A stretch of DNA of 64,000 nt from Raillietiella orientalis (lineage: Eukaryota). Position numbers and translations under genes: made by a program. Of the stretch, positions 52,213-63,580 are shown piece by piece (position 1 is the first letter of the stretch; each line of letters starts with the position of its first letter). The notes beneath the pieces were generated by a model. It saw nothing but the letters and a program-made list of their open reading frames with translations. It searched no databases and was not told the DNA's origin. The stretch covers positions 1,550,001 through 1,614,000 of the forward strand of contig JAYWIR010000033.1 in NCBI GenBank assembly GCA_036172245.1. The letters run 5' to 3'.

Positions 52213-53499
52213 TGACCTAGTGACATGAGCGTGGAGTTGTCCTTCGGAAAAATCGCGCACCGACTGGTCTGAACCCATCATGACAAACACCTACGCGTTC
52301 CCATCCCATCACTCCATGCAAAGGCGACAACGCTCCTTCCGAGAATCAAAACGACAGTGGCTGGGAACTCCCCAACCGAGAACAGGCCATCTGGTGATGC
52401 AGGACTTCAGCTTTCCTCTACACTTCTAGCAAACTAGCAGCTTGTTCCCAAGAGTTCTCCAGAGGCTCGCCAAGTCAGTCTCCTATCTGCTTGCGGACTC
52501 TCCCAGGATTGTCGGAGCGATCGACCACCATGCCTTCCTCGACGGACTTTTGCGCTCCGGGTGGAAGGTCACGGTCTTCACATGTTATCTTCATTCCAGA
52601 ATAGAGTTGGACCGAGGAACTTACCGTTAACATGCGGAGGAGGTCTACGTACTGACTGGAATACGCAGAGACAAGGGATCTCCTAAACCTCCTCATCTCG
52701 TGGGTCCACCATCCCGAAGTTCGGGTCGAGGGTTGGGACCGATCTCAGAGAGTCGTCCGGGATTGATTCCACTTTGGTTTCTCCCTCCACACGCTATCTC
52801 AGGGTTTCAAGGGAGCGGTGCGGAGCGTAGCCGCGCTTGGGTCCGAGCTCGACCAAATTTGCCTTCTCTCCCCGAACCACAGAAACCGGCCGAATGCTAG
52901 ACTGACCGAGAGTCATATTGCAGTTAGGGGCAGCGGCTTGTGTCCTGGAAGCATAGGGAGTGGAGCTCTCCGAGCCTACGGAGGTGTGCCAACGGGTGAT
53001 CTCTCCCTGTATTCGGGCTTACCTTCTAACAGGTGCAGCATCGCAGCTGCTGTTTCCGGAGAGAGCGACCTCTCTATGGGAAGTAAGACCTGCATCTTGA
53101 GCACCCTCGTGATGCAGGTATTTGCGCTGATCTTGCGTTTTGTCAGTTGAGTCTCGTTGTGATGGAACTTCGGCAGTGGGGGCGGTCGGTCGTTCAATTG
53201 AATTCTCCTCATCTCCAGGGGGCAACTGCAGTGGTCCCGCATGAACCAACCAGGCAAGCCCGTCGCCCAGAATGCCTATGCTGCATCTGGCCCACCGAGA
53301 CTCAGCAGCATCCTGTAATTTCCTCTTCCTGCAGATGAAGCTGTTCTTGTTTCTCATCATCCTATGCTTCTCCATAGTCTCCCTCACCCGATCTGCTGTC
53401 CCCTGAGTTGTTTGCTGCATGCTTTTGGGGAGGGAAGGGGGGAAAAGGTTTGTACGTTTACTCTGTACGAATGCTTTTGCACAGTATTTAGATGGGTCG

Positions 53500-55165
53500 C
53501 GTGGGAGGTCAAGTGGTTGCGGACTCCGTGCGTGGTACCTAGCGTTGCGGGTTTCTCGGCGCTGACCCGCCTGGGGAAGGGTCGACACCAGAGAAATAGG
53601 TGCTTCATGGGTTTCGAGTCCCACCCGCAAGATGACGCTGGTCGGCCTACAGGCTTCGGGTGCAGTGCTGGTTTTTCACCCGGGTTCGCCGGGGCGTTTA
53701 TTTAAAATAAACATTTACAATTTTTTCTGATTGGACCAGTGGTCCAACCACGTCTCTTTTGTATATCTAGCCTGTCGTGTTACCGATTCGCAGACCGGTG
53801 AGGATCATCACGACAGCAGAACGGAGGAGCCAAACAAAAAGAAAAATAAACAAAACAAAAATAAAACAATTTGGGGGGAGGGGAGGTACGGCAAGGGATC
53901 ACGTCCTGCTGGTGGCGGTCCTCTGCATCCTTTGAAGGATGCCAGCCAGGTCTTGCTTTATGTTATTATCCAGGTGGGGACATCTGACCGCTGTCCGTAG
54001 AAAGCGAAGAGCGAAGTGAATGGCGCCCCTATCGTTGGCTACGCTAACATCACCCCACACCGCCACGATCCCAAGAAGGCAGCAAAGTGCTGCTGGGGCT
54101 GCGGCTGGCTACAGGGTATCCCGCACAAAGAGGAGTCGCACAACAGCTCTGGGGTCGCCACAAAGCGTCCCCAAAGGAGCTGGAGGACAACACAGTCCAC
54201 TAGGAGATGCGGGAGGGGTTCCCGCTCCCCGCACCTTGCACAGTTTGGGTCCACACACACCCGTATCCACAGATGTCGGTAGGCGTTGCACGGGAGTCCC
54301 CAGTGCAGCAGCATCAATGCCGACTTCTGCCACTCTAAGGGTAGGGGGGGTGTCCATGAGCGCCCGGGTCCACTGCAGGTCTTCCTCCGGAATATCCAGT
54401 AGCACGCCCCAGCTCAAAAGTACGCAAGGTCGAGCATTCGGGGTCTTACAGTCGGTGAACTGGCCCGTCGTCCACTCGCCCAGTCCTATCCTCCTTCCGG
54501 AGGTTTCCATAGCAACCTCCTATCTAGCAGCGAGGCTGCTGCCCATGTGTTCCCTAAGGGAGGGCAGCACGGCTTGTCCAATCGGGTGCGGTATTGCTGG
54601 AAGCGCGGATTTCCCCATTGACTGGCCGGGATTGGAAGTCGACCCTCCTGGGGCCCTCCCCGGAATCAAGGGGTTCGGTTCCCTTCCGGCTCCAAAGATG
54701 GATCCGGGCCCTTCTCGGAGAAGCCGAACCCTCTATCCAGTACCATGGAGTTGATGGATTGACGCCTCTCCAGAGTATTTCAAGAAGAGCGTCGCTCTCT
54801 TCGGGGAGCGCCCTTCAGAGAAAATTGGGAAGCGTTCCTTCGGGGTTCTCTTCAGAGAAGGGGACAAGGAGAAGTCCTTTTCAGGGGTTCCTCCGGAGTG
54901 GAAATTCCAGGAGCGGATCCGTTCCGCCTTCCCTTCGGAGAAGACAGAAGGAGCGACTCCCACAAACCGGGGGGTCCTTCAGGAGGGAGCAAGGAAGAGG
55001 ACGTTCCCTTCGAGGTTCCTTCGCTCCCGAGCGGGAGAGGAACGGACTCCTTTCTTCGGCACCTTGCTGGAGTCTTAGGGTGGTCCCTGGGGGGTTAGCC
55101 CCAAATTGAAGAGATACACGCTCCCTCTGGTGGCATGGAGAGTGTTCAAAGAGCTTTGTGAGCCA
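53500..55165 (+). mobile_element. SINE-like dispersed repeat, copy E, split into 53500-53671 and 54582-55165 by a LINE insertion
   Basis: Head GGTCAAGTGGTT..GTTGCGGGTTTC, then GGGTTTCGAGTCC..GATGACGCTGGTCGGCC; body resumes at 54582 and runs through GGGGTTCTCTTCAGAGA to GAAGAGATACACGCTCCCTCTGGTGGC. Confidence 0.75.
53672..54581 (-). mobile_element. 5'-truncated L1/Tx1-type LINE (~0.9 kb) with degenerate 16-bp TSD
   Basis: MLLHWGLP...DPNCARCGEREPLPHLLVDC zf-RVT; terminus AATAAACGCCCCGGCGAACCCGGGTGAAAAA; flanks TCGGGTGCAGTGCTGG (53656-71) and TCGGGTGCGGTATTGC (54582-97). Confidence 0.88.
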
Positions 55166-56161
55166 CGCCTCCTCATATGGACCACCCGCTGGTGCGCCCA
55201 GCTCGTCCGCTTTCTGACCGTCTCCAGGTGAAGATGAGGTGCCAAGCAGAGCAAGTTGCGCAAACGACAGTTACCGTGTTCAGTATCCGCGCTTGCGGAG
55301 AAAATCGGGAACCGTATGAACGGAGGAATCGTGCGACTCACGTCGTCGAGGCAGCCAGCATCCTTCGCTCCGAGTTTCCGCCGCCGTGCTGGCGCTCATT
55401 CCTCGCTTCTCCTGCCTGCCTTCAACATCTGGTAGAAGGGGCACACTTCCCGTCTTCCCTCCCATCTTTTGCACATGGGCACCCTGGCAAGGGTTGGCCT
55501 TCTGTGTGAAGTGCCGGCCTGCCAAAAGGACAGGTTGCAGTGGTTGGGATTGCTTTTCTCCATTCCTCTCTGCAACCGCGAATCGAAATCTCCTTTCCCC
55601 CTCTTCAGTTGCCAGGCAACCTCGGCCTTCTTGCGGTTGAGTAAGTGATTCGTTGGCGGGGCTGGCAATGGCTTGGGCGGGTGCAGTGCCCATGGACGGG
55701 TCGGCTGACGTCCGGCGCCCGTCTACTCTGTGGAGGCCCGGCCGCTTCCGACGAGAATCTTCGCCCGCGCGTGATGCGTCCGTGTTGGAGGAGATGCGGA
55801 TCTCTGGTGCAAAGTAGGCGAGAAGATGGGTGCAGTGCCAGCACGGGCCGCGGCTCCTGAGTTCGCGAATCGTGCGAATCGCCTGCTGCTTGGTGTTGAC
55901 CGAGGAAACGAGCGCATAGGGTGCAGGGTTACCACTCGTTCGGAAGTGCATTACGCGAATGCAGCTATGCGATCCGCTTTCGTAAGTGGGCGAGAGACCG
56001 TGCAGGCTGCGACGCAATCCCTTTTTTGTGGACTGGTGAATAGAGGGTGAAATCGAGCCGAAGGGGTGTTTCAGAACCGAATTGGCAAAGATTGGGGGAA
56101 CGGCGGAGTCTGCGTGGCGCAGCTCGACGCGGCGTGAAGTGCATTCGCAGAGTGATCAGCG

Positions 56162-57871
56162 ATGGCAATGACGAAAAGTGTTCTCAGCAGGAGTGTGTTG
56201 TGTGCACGTTTGCTCGCGCAGCAAAACAGTGAGTTGTGGCCATGTGGAGGGTGCGGTGTTTTGGGTGCTCTTGCTCTTGGGTGTTTGTGAAACTGCTGGC
56301 CAGGATGGACCTTGGTTTCCATGAGTTCCGACGCGCGTAGGATCGTTGAGGGATGGAACGGCATGAATTCCCGCTGCAATCCTGCTTCCCAGGACCCAGG
56401 CTGAATCGCGGAAGAGTTTTCTCGTTTTCCATGAGATGAATCGGTAGTTTGGAGGGCAAATGTGGCTGTAATGGAAGGGTTGCACGATTGATGACAGCGC
56501 AGCGCACTTTGGTTTCCGGGTTAGCAAACAGGTGGTGAAACAGTGCAACTGGAGTTCGAAGGGCTCGAAAAAGGCTTGTTCGGGATTTGGATTGCAATGT
56601 GATGATTTCCAGTGGAATGGTGTGTGAAGCTTTCCAACCTGTAGCCAAATGAACAGAGGTAGCCTGCATGGCTATGGAATGCCTTTTGCTTGTTTCCTCT
56701 TGCAGAGGTGTCTTTGTAGGATTTGTATCTCTCTTTGTTTTGTTGCATGTGATCCGTTGGAGCTGTCCTTGAAGGATGCGTACTCGTTGTGGTCACATGA
56801 AGGTGGTAGTCTGTTTTGGTTGCAGCACTGAATCTCATGTAAGCATGCTGTTTGCATGTGTTGGCTGATGGAACAGTTTTCATTGGGAGAGGTTGACTGA
56901 GAAGAAAGCAGCAGAACAGAATTCGAGAGTCAATTTTTTGTTGAGAGAGGTAAAAGGTTGAGAAGAAGAAACAGTATGAACTTGACAGGGAATGTGTTGA
57001 AATCCTCCATGCATTCCATGAAGCACAGATTAGGTTTATGGTTCAACTTGGATGTCATGAATAAGCACCTGAGGTTGAACACCTCAGACATATTCATATG
57101 CAGTAAGTCAATAAAGATGAAGATGTACATGAGATCAGGATATTTGCCAAGTTTGCCACATATGTTTTTATAGATTGGACTGAATTACTGAATTTCTCTG
57201 TAAGAAGGCAGCAAATGTTGAAAGCTAATTGATAGGATATTTTTGATGGTCCCATGTGGTAGCAGGATGATGATTGGAATTGTGAAATCGAAAGAACATG
57301 ATGTAGTTTGAAGGGTGCTCTCTGTTTGGTTGAAATGATTTGTTTTTCATGTTTTCCTGTTGACATGATTTTCATGTAATTGCTGGGGGGTGATGACCAT
57401 TGCTGTTTCTTGGACTCATTAGCTTTCTGGTGGAATTGTACAATGCTTTGGAGTGTATGGAAACCTTGAAATTGGTTTCCCTTGTAGTGTTGAACATCTG
57501 GAATAGATGATGCATGAGTGTTCATTTGTTTGCCCTGGTTTCTTATGATGATCCGTTATTCAGAAATTGGCATCATTTCCCAAGTCCAGTTGGCTGGGTA
57601 TCATGCAGAGGATGATGAGATGAAGTTCCCAACATATGATGATTTGCCCATTCCATCAGGATCTTGGAAGGAGCACTATGAAGCGAGACAGAAAACTAAT
57701 AACTTAATGCTGGCTGGAGGAGCGAGTTTCTTCACATTCACCCTGTTAATGGTAAGTGGAGCAGAATCTCTGTCAGCTGTGCATGCTTTGTTGCAGTTTT
57801 TGTTTTCAGGAATCATGGATTTTGACTACTTGTTCTATCCCATAGATCCAGATGATCACTTTGAGACTTGA
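56162..57871 (+). CDS. Small mitochondrial membrane protein, Deltameth_res family (Drosophila CG7630 / COX7B-like); exons 56162-56228, 57564-57751, 57797-57871
   Basis: Exon 1 MAMTKSVLSRSVLCARLLAQQN (basic, acid-free presequence-like) splices in phase 1 to ..GYH....PTYDDLPIPSGSWKEHYEARQKTNNLMLAGG + one TM helix + SGIMDF; AATAAA at ~57949. Confidence 0.82.
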
Positions 57872-60800
57872 ATGCATGCACAATTGTCTATGTAGAACGT
57901 TGAGTAAAGGCTTTGGATTGAAAACACTCGAGATGCTATGTATTCACCAAATAAATGGTTTTTGCATTAGGATTGAGAGGTCAAGTATGTTTGGTGTCTC
58001 CACCAGTGTAGCACTATAGGATATAGTATGCTTTGTTATGTGAGGGTACTGAATTGTGAGGGATGGATGTGCTGTTTGATTTGGTTGAGGTGTGGTTAGT
58101 TGCTGCATTTGTTCATGCAGTGTTGTCAGATGGGTGGAGAAGTGTGGTTGTATAGGAATTTGTTGCAGACGAGTGCATGTGGGTACAGTGTGGTTTTGTA
58201 AAGGATGAAGGGTGAACCATGATGGATGGAAGGAAGCATACCAGCAGCAGTGTTCTGAATCGTTTGAATGTTGATTGTGTAACACTCTTGCATTCTTACT
58301 CTTTTGCGGGATGATGGTATGGATGGTTTGAAGCTATCATGTGATGCTGGCACACCAGCGTTTGGTTTCTCAGCTAAAGATTTCTCAGTTTCTCAGCAAA
58401 ATGATGTTTTGTAATTTTGTTTCCTCCTTTGTACCTAGATCTTGTAACATGGGTGTTTGTTTTTTGGCACTTTGGCTTGATTGTGAAGCTTCTGAATGTG
58501 TTTGCAGGGTGTTCTTTCTGCTAGAAAAGCAGGAGGGAAGGTTGTGTTTGGTGCAAAGTTGACATCGGATGTCATCATCGGATCGCCTTTTCGAATTCTC
58601 CTTGAGGATGGTTGCACATGTGGTTTCATTGATAGAGGCTTGTTGATGTTGTGGAAGCCCCATCGGGGTTGCATGGGCACACATCTGCTAAGTCCAGGTG
58701 TCTTCGAAGATGTCATTCACCGAGTTGTGGGTTCGGAGTTTTCCCAGGAAGCAGGAAGTCAGGTTGCTTGGCCAGTGCATTGGGCGCATAACAAAGGCCA
58801 GGGATTGAAATGATACGGTGATGTCTTGGCAATTGGTGGAAGGAGCATGGGGTTTTTGTTTTTGTATGCAGGGACAGTTTTGATTCTTTGCAGTGGTCTT
58901 GGTGATTTCCCCGTGTGTTTGGTATGGAACAGCTGCAAGTGGTTGAGGCATGGAAAGTGGTGAAGGTGGTGTGCAGGAGATGATAGGATCGAGCCACGCC
59001 TTGCCTGATTGGTGAGCTGTGTGCCTACTGCATGTGTTGAGTTCGGGCTGAATGGGAGTGATGGAGAATGTGCACTTGGTGGTGTTGTTGGTTGGTGTGT
59101 TGGTCGTGAGTGTGGAAGGTTGCTGGGTTGAGTGGTGTTTGGTTTGGATGACTGTGTTGCAGGCGTTTTTGTGGTGGAAGGGGTTGGTTGCACAAGTGGC
59201 AATCGTAAGGCGCTCGGTATCTCGGTAGCTGCAATTGGAATCTCCTGGTCGGTGAATGCTTGTTTTCGGAAGTAGATGTAAAGTGGATATCGAGGTCTAC
59301 CCTGGTATAAGCAGAAGAGCGCGACAAGCTCTGTGGTTTTCCCCTGTTGCTCTTGGGCTAGCAATTTTTTTTTCTGGAGTCCACGTTTGTCGGCATTCAC
59401 ATGGTTGTTGTGGCTTGGTTTATCGCCTGGGGGCATTCGTTGCTGCCTGGGGTAGACTCTCTACTTGCTGATAAGGGTCGCCCGCGTTTCCGTGTGCGTG
59501 TGGGAACTTGGAGGTTTAAATAGGACCAGGCCGCTGATTGGGAAGGGGGGGAGTTTGCAAGGTTGCCTTCGGATCAGGCGAGAGTGTCCGCTAAATTCAA
59601 GGTTATTAGGACGGGACGGAAGAGAAACAATAATTTCGGGAACTCCTTGAAGAAGTGGCAATAGTTCTTCAGTTATCCAGGTTTTCCATGATTTTTGAGT
59701 CTTCATTCCGTTTTCGAGATCGCTTAATCGATCGGTAGTCAGAAGTCGAATCGATCGAGCGACCGGTAATATGAACCCATCGCTAATCGGCAGTTTCGAT
59801 CGATCGAATCGTTGATTCATGTTTCCTGCTGTCTTTTTGTTGCTATGGCGAGGTCGACTACGAACACGGCGTCAGCAAGCAGGATGGTCTCAGGCGATCG
59901 TGTCTTGCCTCTACCGGGTAATGATCTGCGGTGAACACCGAACATCATGCACCGTCGAACTAATTCTAACTTCTTGAGACAGGGGACCAGTCATCTGAAC
60001 ACCGTCGTTCCGATTTCTCTTTCTTTACGCCAGTAAAATTCAAATCCTGTTTGAATGGGGAATCACCATCTCGTAACGGAGCACGAAACCCTGTCTCCAC
60101 TCCTTCCTTCCCCTCTCACCATCTGCTCCCTGTTTGCGCGTGTTTTTTGCGTTCCCAAGCGTTCCGCGAGCTGTGTCCAGTTGTCAGGTGACAGAGTCCC
60201 CCAGGTGGCGCGAACAAAGATTTGCAAGCCCCCCCGTGCTTGGCAACCTTTCCCAATACTCTCATCGTCAGAACACCGAAGCACCCTTTTCTGCATCAAA
60301 TTCAACTGCTACAGGGCATGCCAGTTCTAAATCGCCACGGAAATACAACGCAGGCACGTGGAATTTCTGAATGGACAACCAAATTTTTAGAGCCAAATCG
60401 TGTTCACTTGGACTCCTTTGTTCCCTCGAGCTGCCGGGACGACGCTGCCATAGTAACTGCAAACTCAGATTATCATTATGCTGGAACTCCAGATCCCTCG
60501 TGTTACTTTGATCTCTGTGTTGAGCTGCTTTGCTCTGCCTCACGCAAAACTCCTTTGTCGCAATACTGTAATCAAAATGTTTGGCAACCAGCCCTCTCTT
60601 CCTTGACTACGTTGCATTTCATCACGCACCACTTCAGAAACTACTGCGTAAAAGCATGCCATGTTCCAGAAAGTAAAAGGGTGATGCCATTGCCGTTTCG
60701 GTGGCAGTTGCATTCCATTTCTCCGACCACTGTCTTCACCGCAGGCACAACCCTACATACCAGATCTGCTACAACAGACAGCAGCATCACCAGCTCCATT

Positions 60801-61018
60801 TCTTTGGAGATTTGCCTTTCGCAAACCCCTCGGCAGTGCTGCCCTTCGGCAAAGCCTTCCAGGAGAAGATGAGAAGGAATCCACTCGCAGAAGAGGCGTG
60901 TGGAATCTTCAGTGCGGCTCAGCTGCTCACTGTTTGACGCAGCAGCCACCTCGAAGTTTCGGAGTTCTTCCTGGGCATTCCGGTGGCCCATCCAGGCCTC
61001 AGGCATCACATTTTCTGA

Positions 61019-61600
61019 TTTTTTTTTTTTTTTAAAAAAAAACTCTATCCGCGCCACCCGAGGGTGTGCGTAACTCTTCAGCTAGGGGGCAGCCATGGGA
61101 TTGCATCCGAGGACGCTCAGCAAGGAGGAGTCCGTTCCCCTCTCACGCTTGAGAGGGAACCCGAACTTCCTTATTGTCACCGCAGGAACCCCCCGGAAAT
61201 GTTCCGCTCCTGACTTCCTCCTCTGAAGAGAACCCGGGAGGGACTCTTCCCGCTTTCTCCGAAAGGCGCTTCCTGACACTCTCGAGAAGCAACCCCCGAG
61301 GCAGGTGTGTCAACCAGCACCGCAACCCTCTGTCCACACAACCGTAAGGGGACTCCGAAGGGAACCGGTTTCTCGGTTCCCGGAAAGATCCCGACCGGTC
61401 AACGGGGGCATCCGGCTTCCATTAGCACCGGCGCACCGGGACGGGCCAACCAGCGTCATCTTGTGGCGAAACTGGACACCGGCGACGCATTCCCCGTTCT
61501 CGGTCTCGAATGTCTTCCCCGGGCGGGAATTCGAACCCGGCGGCAGCTCGGAGAAGACGCGGGCGCATCTGCGTTTCGGTACCTCCCCTGAGCGACGCCA
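61019..61600 (-). mobile_element. SINE-like dispersed repeat, copy F, with B-box and poly(A) tail
   Basis: Minus-strand GGTTCGAATTCCC (61537-61525) T-loop/B-box, shared body blocks, tail GAAGAGTTACGCACACCCTCGGGTGGC then T9 and A15 (61042-61019). Confidence 0.75.
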
Positions 61601-62599
61601 GCTCAGCCCCGGTGCGGCGGTGATCGGGCTACGAGAGGCCCGCGTTCGCGTTCGCCGTCCCTTCCACCCGCGAGCGCAGGCGGGACGTCGGTCCACACGT
61701 GGTCAACGGACGCCTCGGGCTTCGCCTGCAAGCAGCCGCGCGCAGTCCGTCGCGGCGGCAAGTGCGCCGACGGAGGAGCCCAGCATCCGCGCATCGCTTC
61801 TGGCTCCATCTCGCCTGTCGTTCTCCCGGTGGCGCTTCGCTCCGGCGACGCTCCGTTCGCAGAGCGGTTGCCCAGGGGGTCCCGGGTGCCGGGAAGCGCC
61901 CGACCAGACCCGCTCGTGGTCCTGGCTGCACCTGCCGCGTCCCGCTGCTTCCTGCTGACGTCCCAAGCTCCAGCAAGTCTCCGGAACGCTCCAAACGAAC
62001 CTCTCGGTCAAGCGCGACCTCTCCTGGGAAGGTGGGGGAAAAAAACATGCAAGCGAGTATAAGGATACCCCATCTGCAGTCGGGCCGTCGTCGGGCGCGT
62101 GAACCGCCGTAGCCCATCCACTGGGCCGCACGGCGAGAAAGCGTCGTGCCTTTCGTCGAACCGCGCATGCGCTCCGGACGTCATCACCCGGAGAATTCCC
62201 CTCCGTCTCCACCGCCCGGCTGTGCTCTCCCGCTTCGTCCTCCGCTCGACTGCCGCGGTCCCACGGGAGCGTTCCTTCCGAGACCGCCCAACCTGCGCCT
62301 GCACAGTCGAACACGTTGCGTAGCGATCGAGGGATGGGCGGAGAGACCTCTGCCGTCGTCATTTCGGCGGCAGCTGCGTCTCATCTGTCCGTCTTCGCCG
62401 CCGGCACGAGCAGCTCCACGTCCCAGGTTCGCTGCTGGAGCACGCAGCAGCAGCAGCGGCGCAGCTCCAGATCTTCGGGGTCGCTTGCGGAGGTTTCGCC
62501 GACCTCCCGGTCATCCATCGGCCGCGTGCCCAGACTGCGGGAAGCAGTCTGTCCTGGCCGGGCCGCGTTCCCGCGCAGACCGACATCTCTCGCGCAGAC

Positions 62600-63580
62600 G
62601 CGCAGCACAGCGAAGGCGATCAGCAGTGCAATGCAATCCCAGCTTCTTCTGGAGAGATGCGCGGAAAGATACCTGGAGGATTGCGGTCACTCATCCCTCT
62701 TCGGGTGAAGGAAGGTCTGAGGAGGAGGAAGGTCAGGTCTGCCGCCACCCCCGAAGCGGTGTTTGCGGCTGCGATTCGGAAGCCGATCGAGCGGGTGGGG
62801 GAACGAGGACGGGCGCGTGCGCGGCCCCGCCGCTGCGGGCGACACCACGGGTCGTGTGCTGCCATCTCGGGGCGTGGGCATCCACTAGCGACGCGGTCCC
62901 CCTCTTCCACGTCCGTCCACGTTTCGCTTCTCCGCAATCCGTGCGGCCTCTTCATCCCTTCCTGCGGGCCGGGCTGCTCTTCTCGAGGGTGGACGTTTCC
63001 CGGCTGGTGATCCACCTTGCGCCCCCCTACCGCTGCTTGTGCCGGGAAGGCCGCCGCTGCACGTCCGGGTGCACCGTCTTGCCTCCTGATGCGCTCCCCC
63101 CCGCCGTCCCTTGGGATGCTGGGCTTCACCGATCCGGCGCTCTGGTTGGGCTGCTGCAGTGAGCCCAGCTCTCCTCGCCTCGTGCCGATGCGAGGGCGCC
63201 GCCCTAGCGGCGGAACGTGGAAGGAAACCTCGGTACCGTCTCTGCCGGCCGTCGATCTCCGCCCACGCACTCCGCGGCAGCGACCAACGGCCAGTCGACT
63301 GGCAGACTGCGACCCGATCTCCAGTGCGATCGCTCTTTGGCGACGCTGAGCACAGTGGCCAAGCAGTGGAGAGCCAGGCAGGTATCCCGGAACGGGTTCG
63401 TTCCAGGATACCAGCTCCTGCTTTCCCTTGCGCGTCCCTCTGGAGCGGGGGTGGCAGTTCGGCGCGCCTCTCGATGACCGCATCCGAGCCTGCGGAGTGG
63501 TGGTTGAGAGCGTGGCTGACAAGCTCCTCCCATGCCACGCACCCCTGCACTTGCGGTCGGCATGGCGCGCTCACGCGTTA
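62600..63580 (-). pseudogene. Possible Gypsy-type integrase remnant
   Basis: In order on minus frames: ELVSH..GSDAVI..PPLQR, WP...VAVCQ, SLPRSAWAEI (cf. P.P.RPW), VHP (cf. YHPQSNG), TTRGVA (cf. TTGVSP); very decayed. Confidence 0.35.

Noticed and set aside
55280..56017. 245-aa minus ORF divergent from the COX7B-like gene
   Set aside because: No recognisable domain, non-ATG start and GC-rich context; cannot be supported as a gene.
60840..60900. EWIPSHLLLEG on minus resembling the LINE RNase H WIPSH motif
   Set aside because: One short motif; the flanking NExAD and other RNase H residues are absent.
61500..61600. tRNA gene suggested by GGTTCGAATTCCC
   Set aside because: No complete cloverleaf; it is the head of the dispersed repeat.
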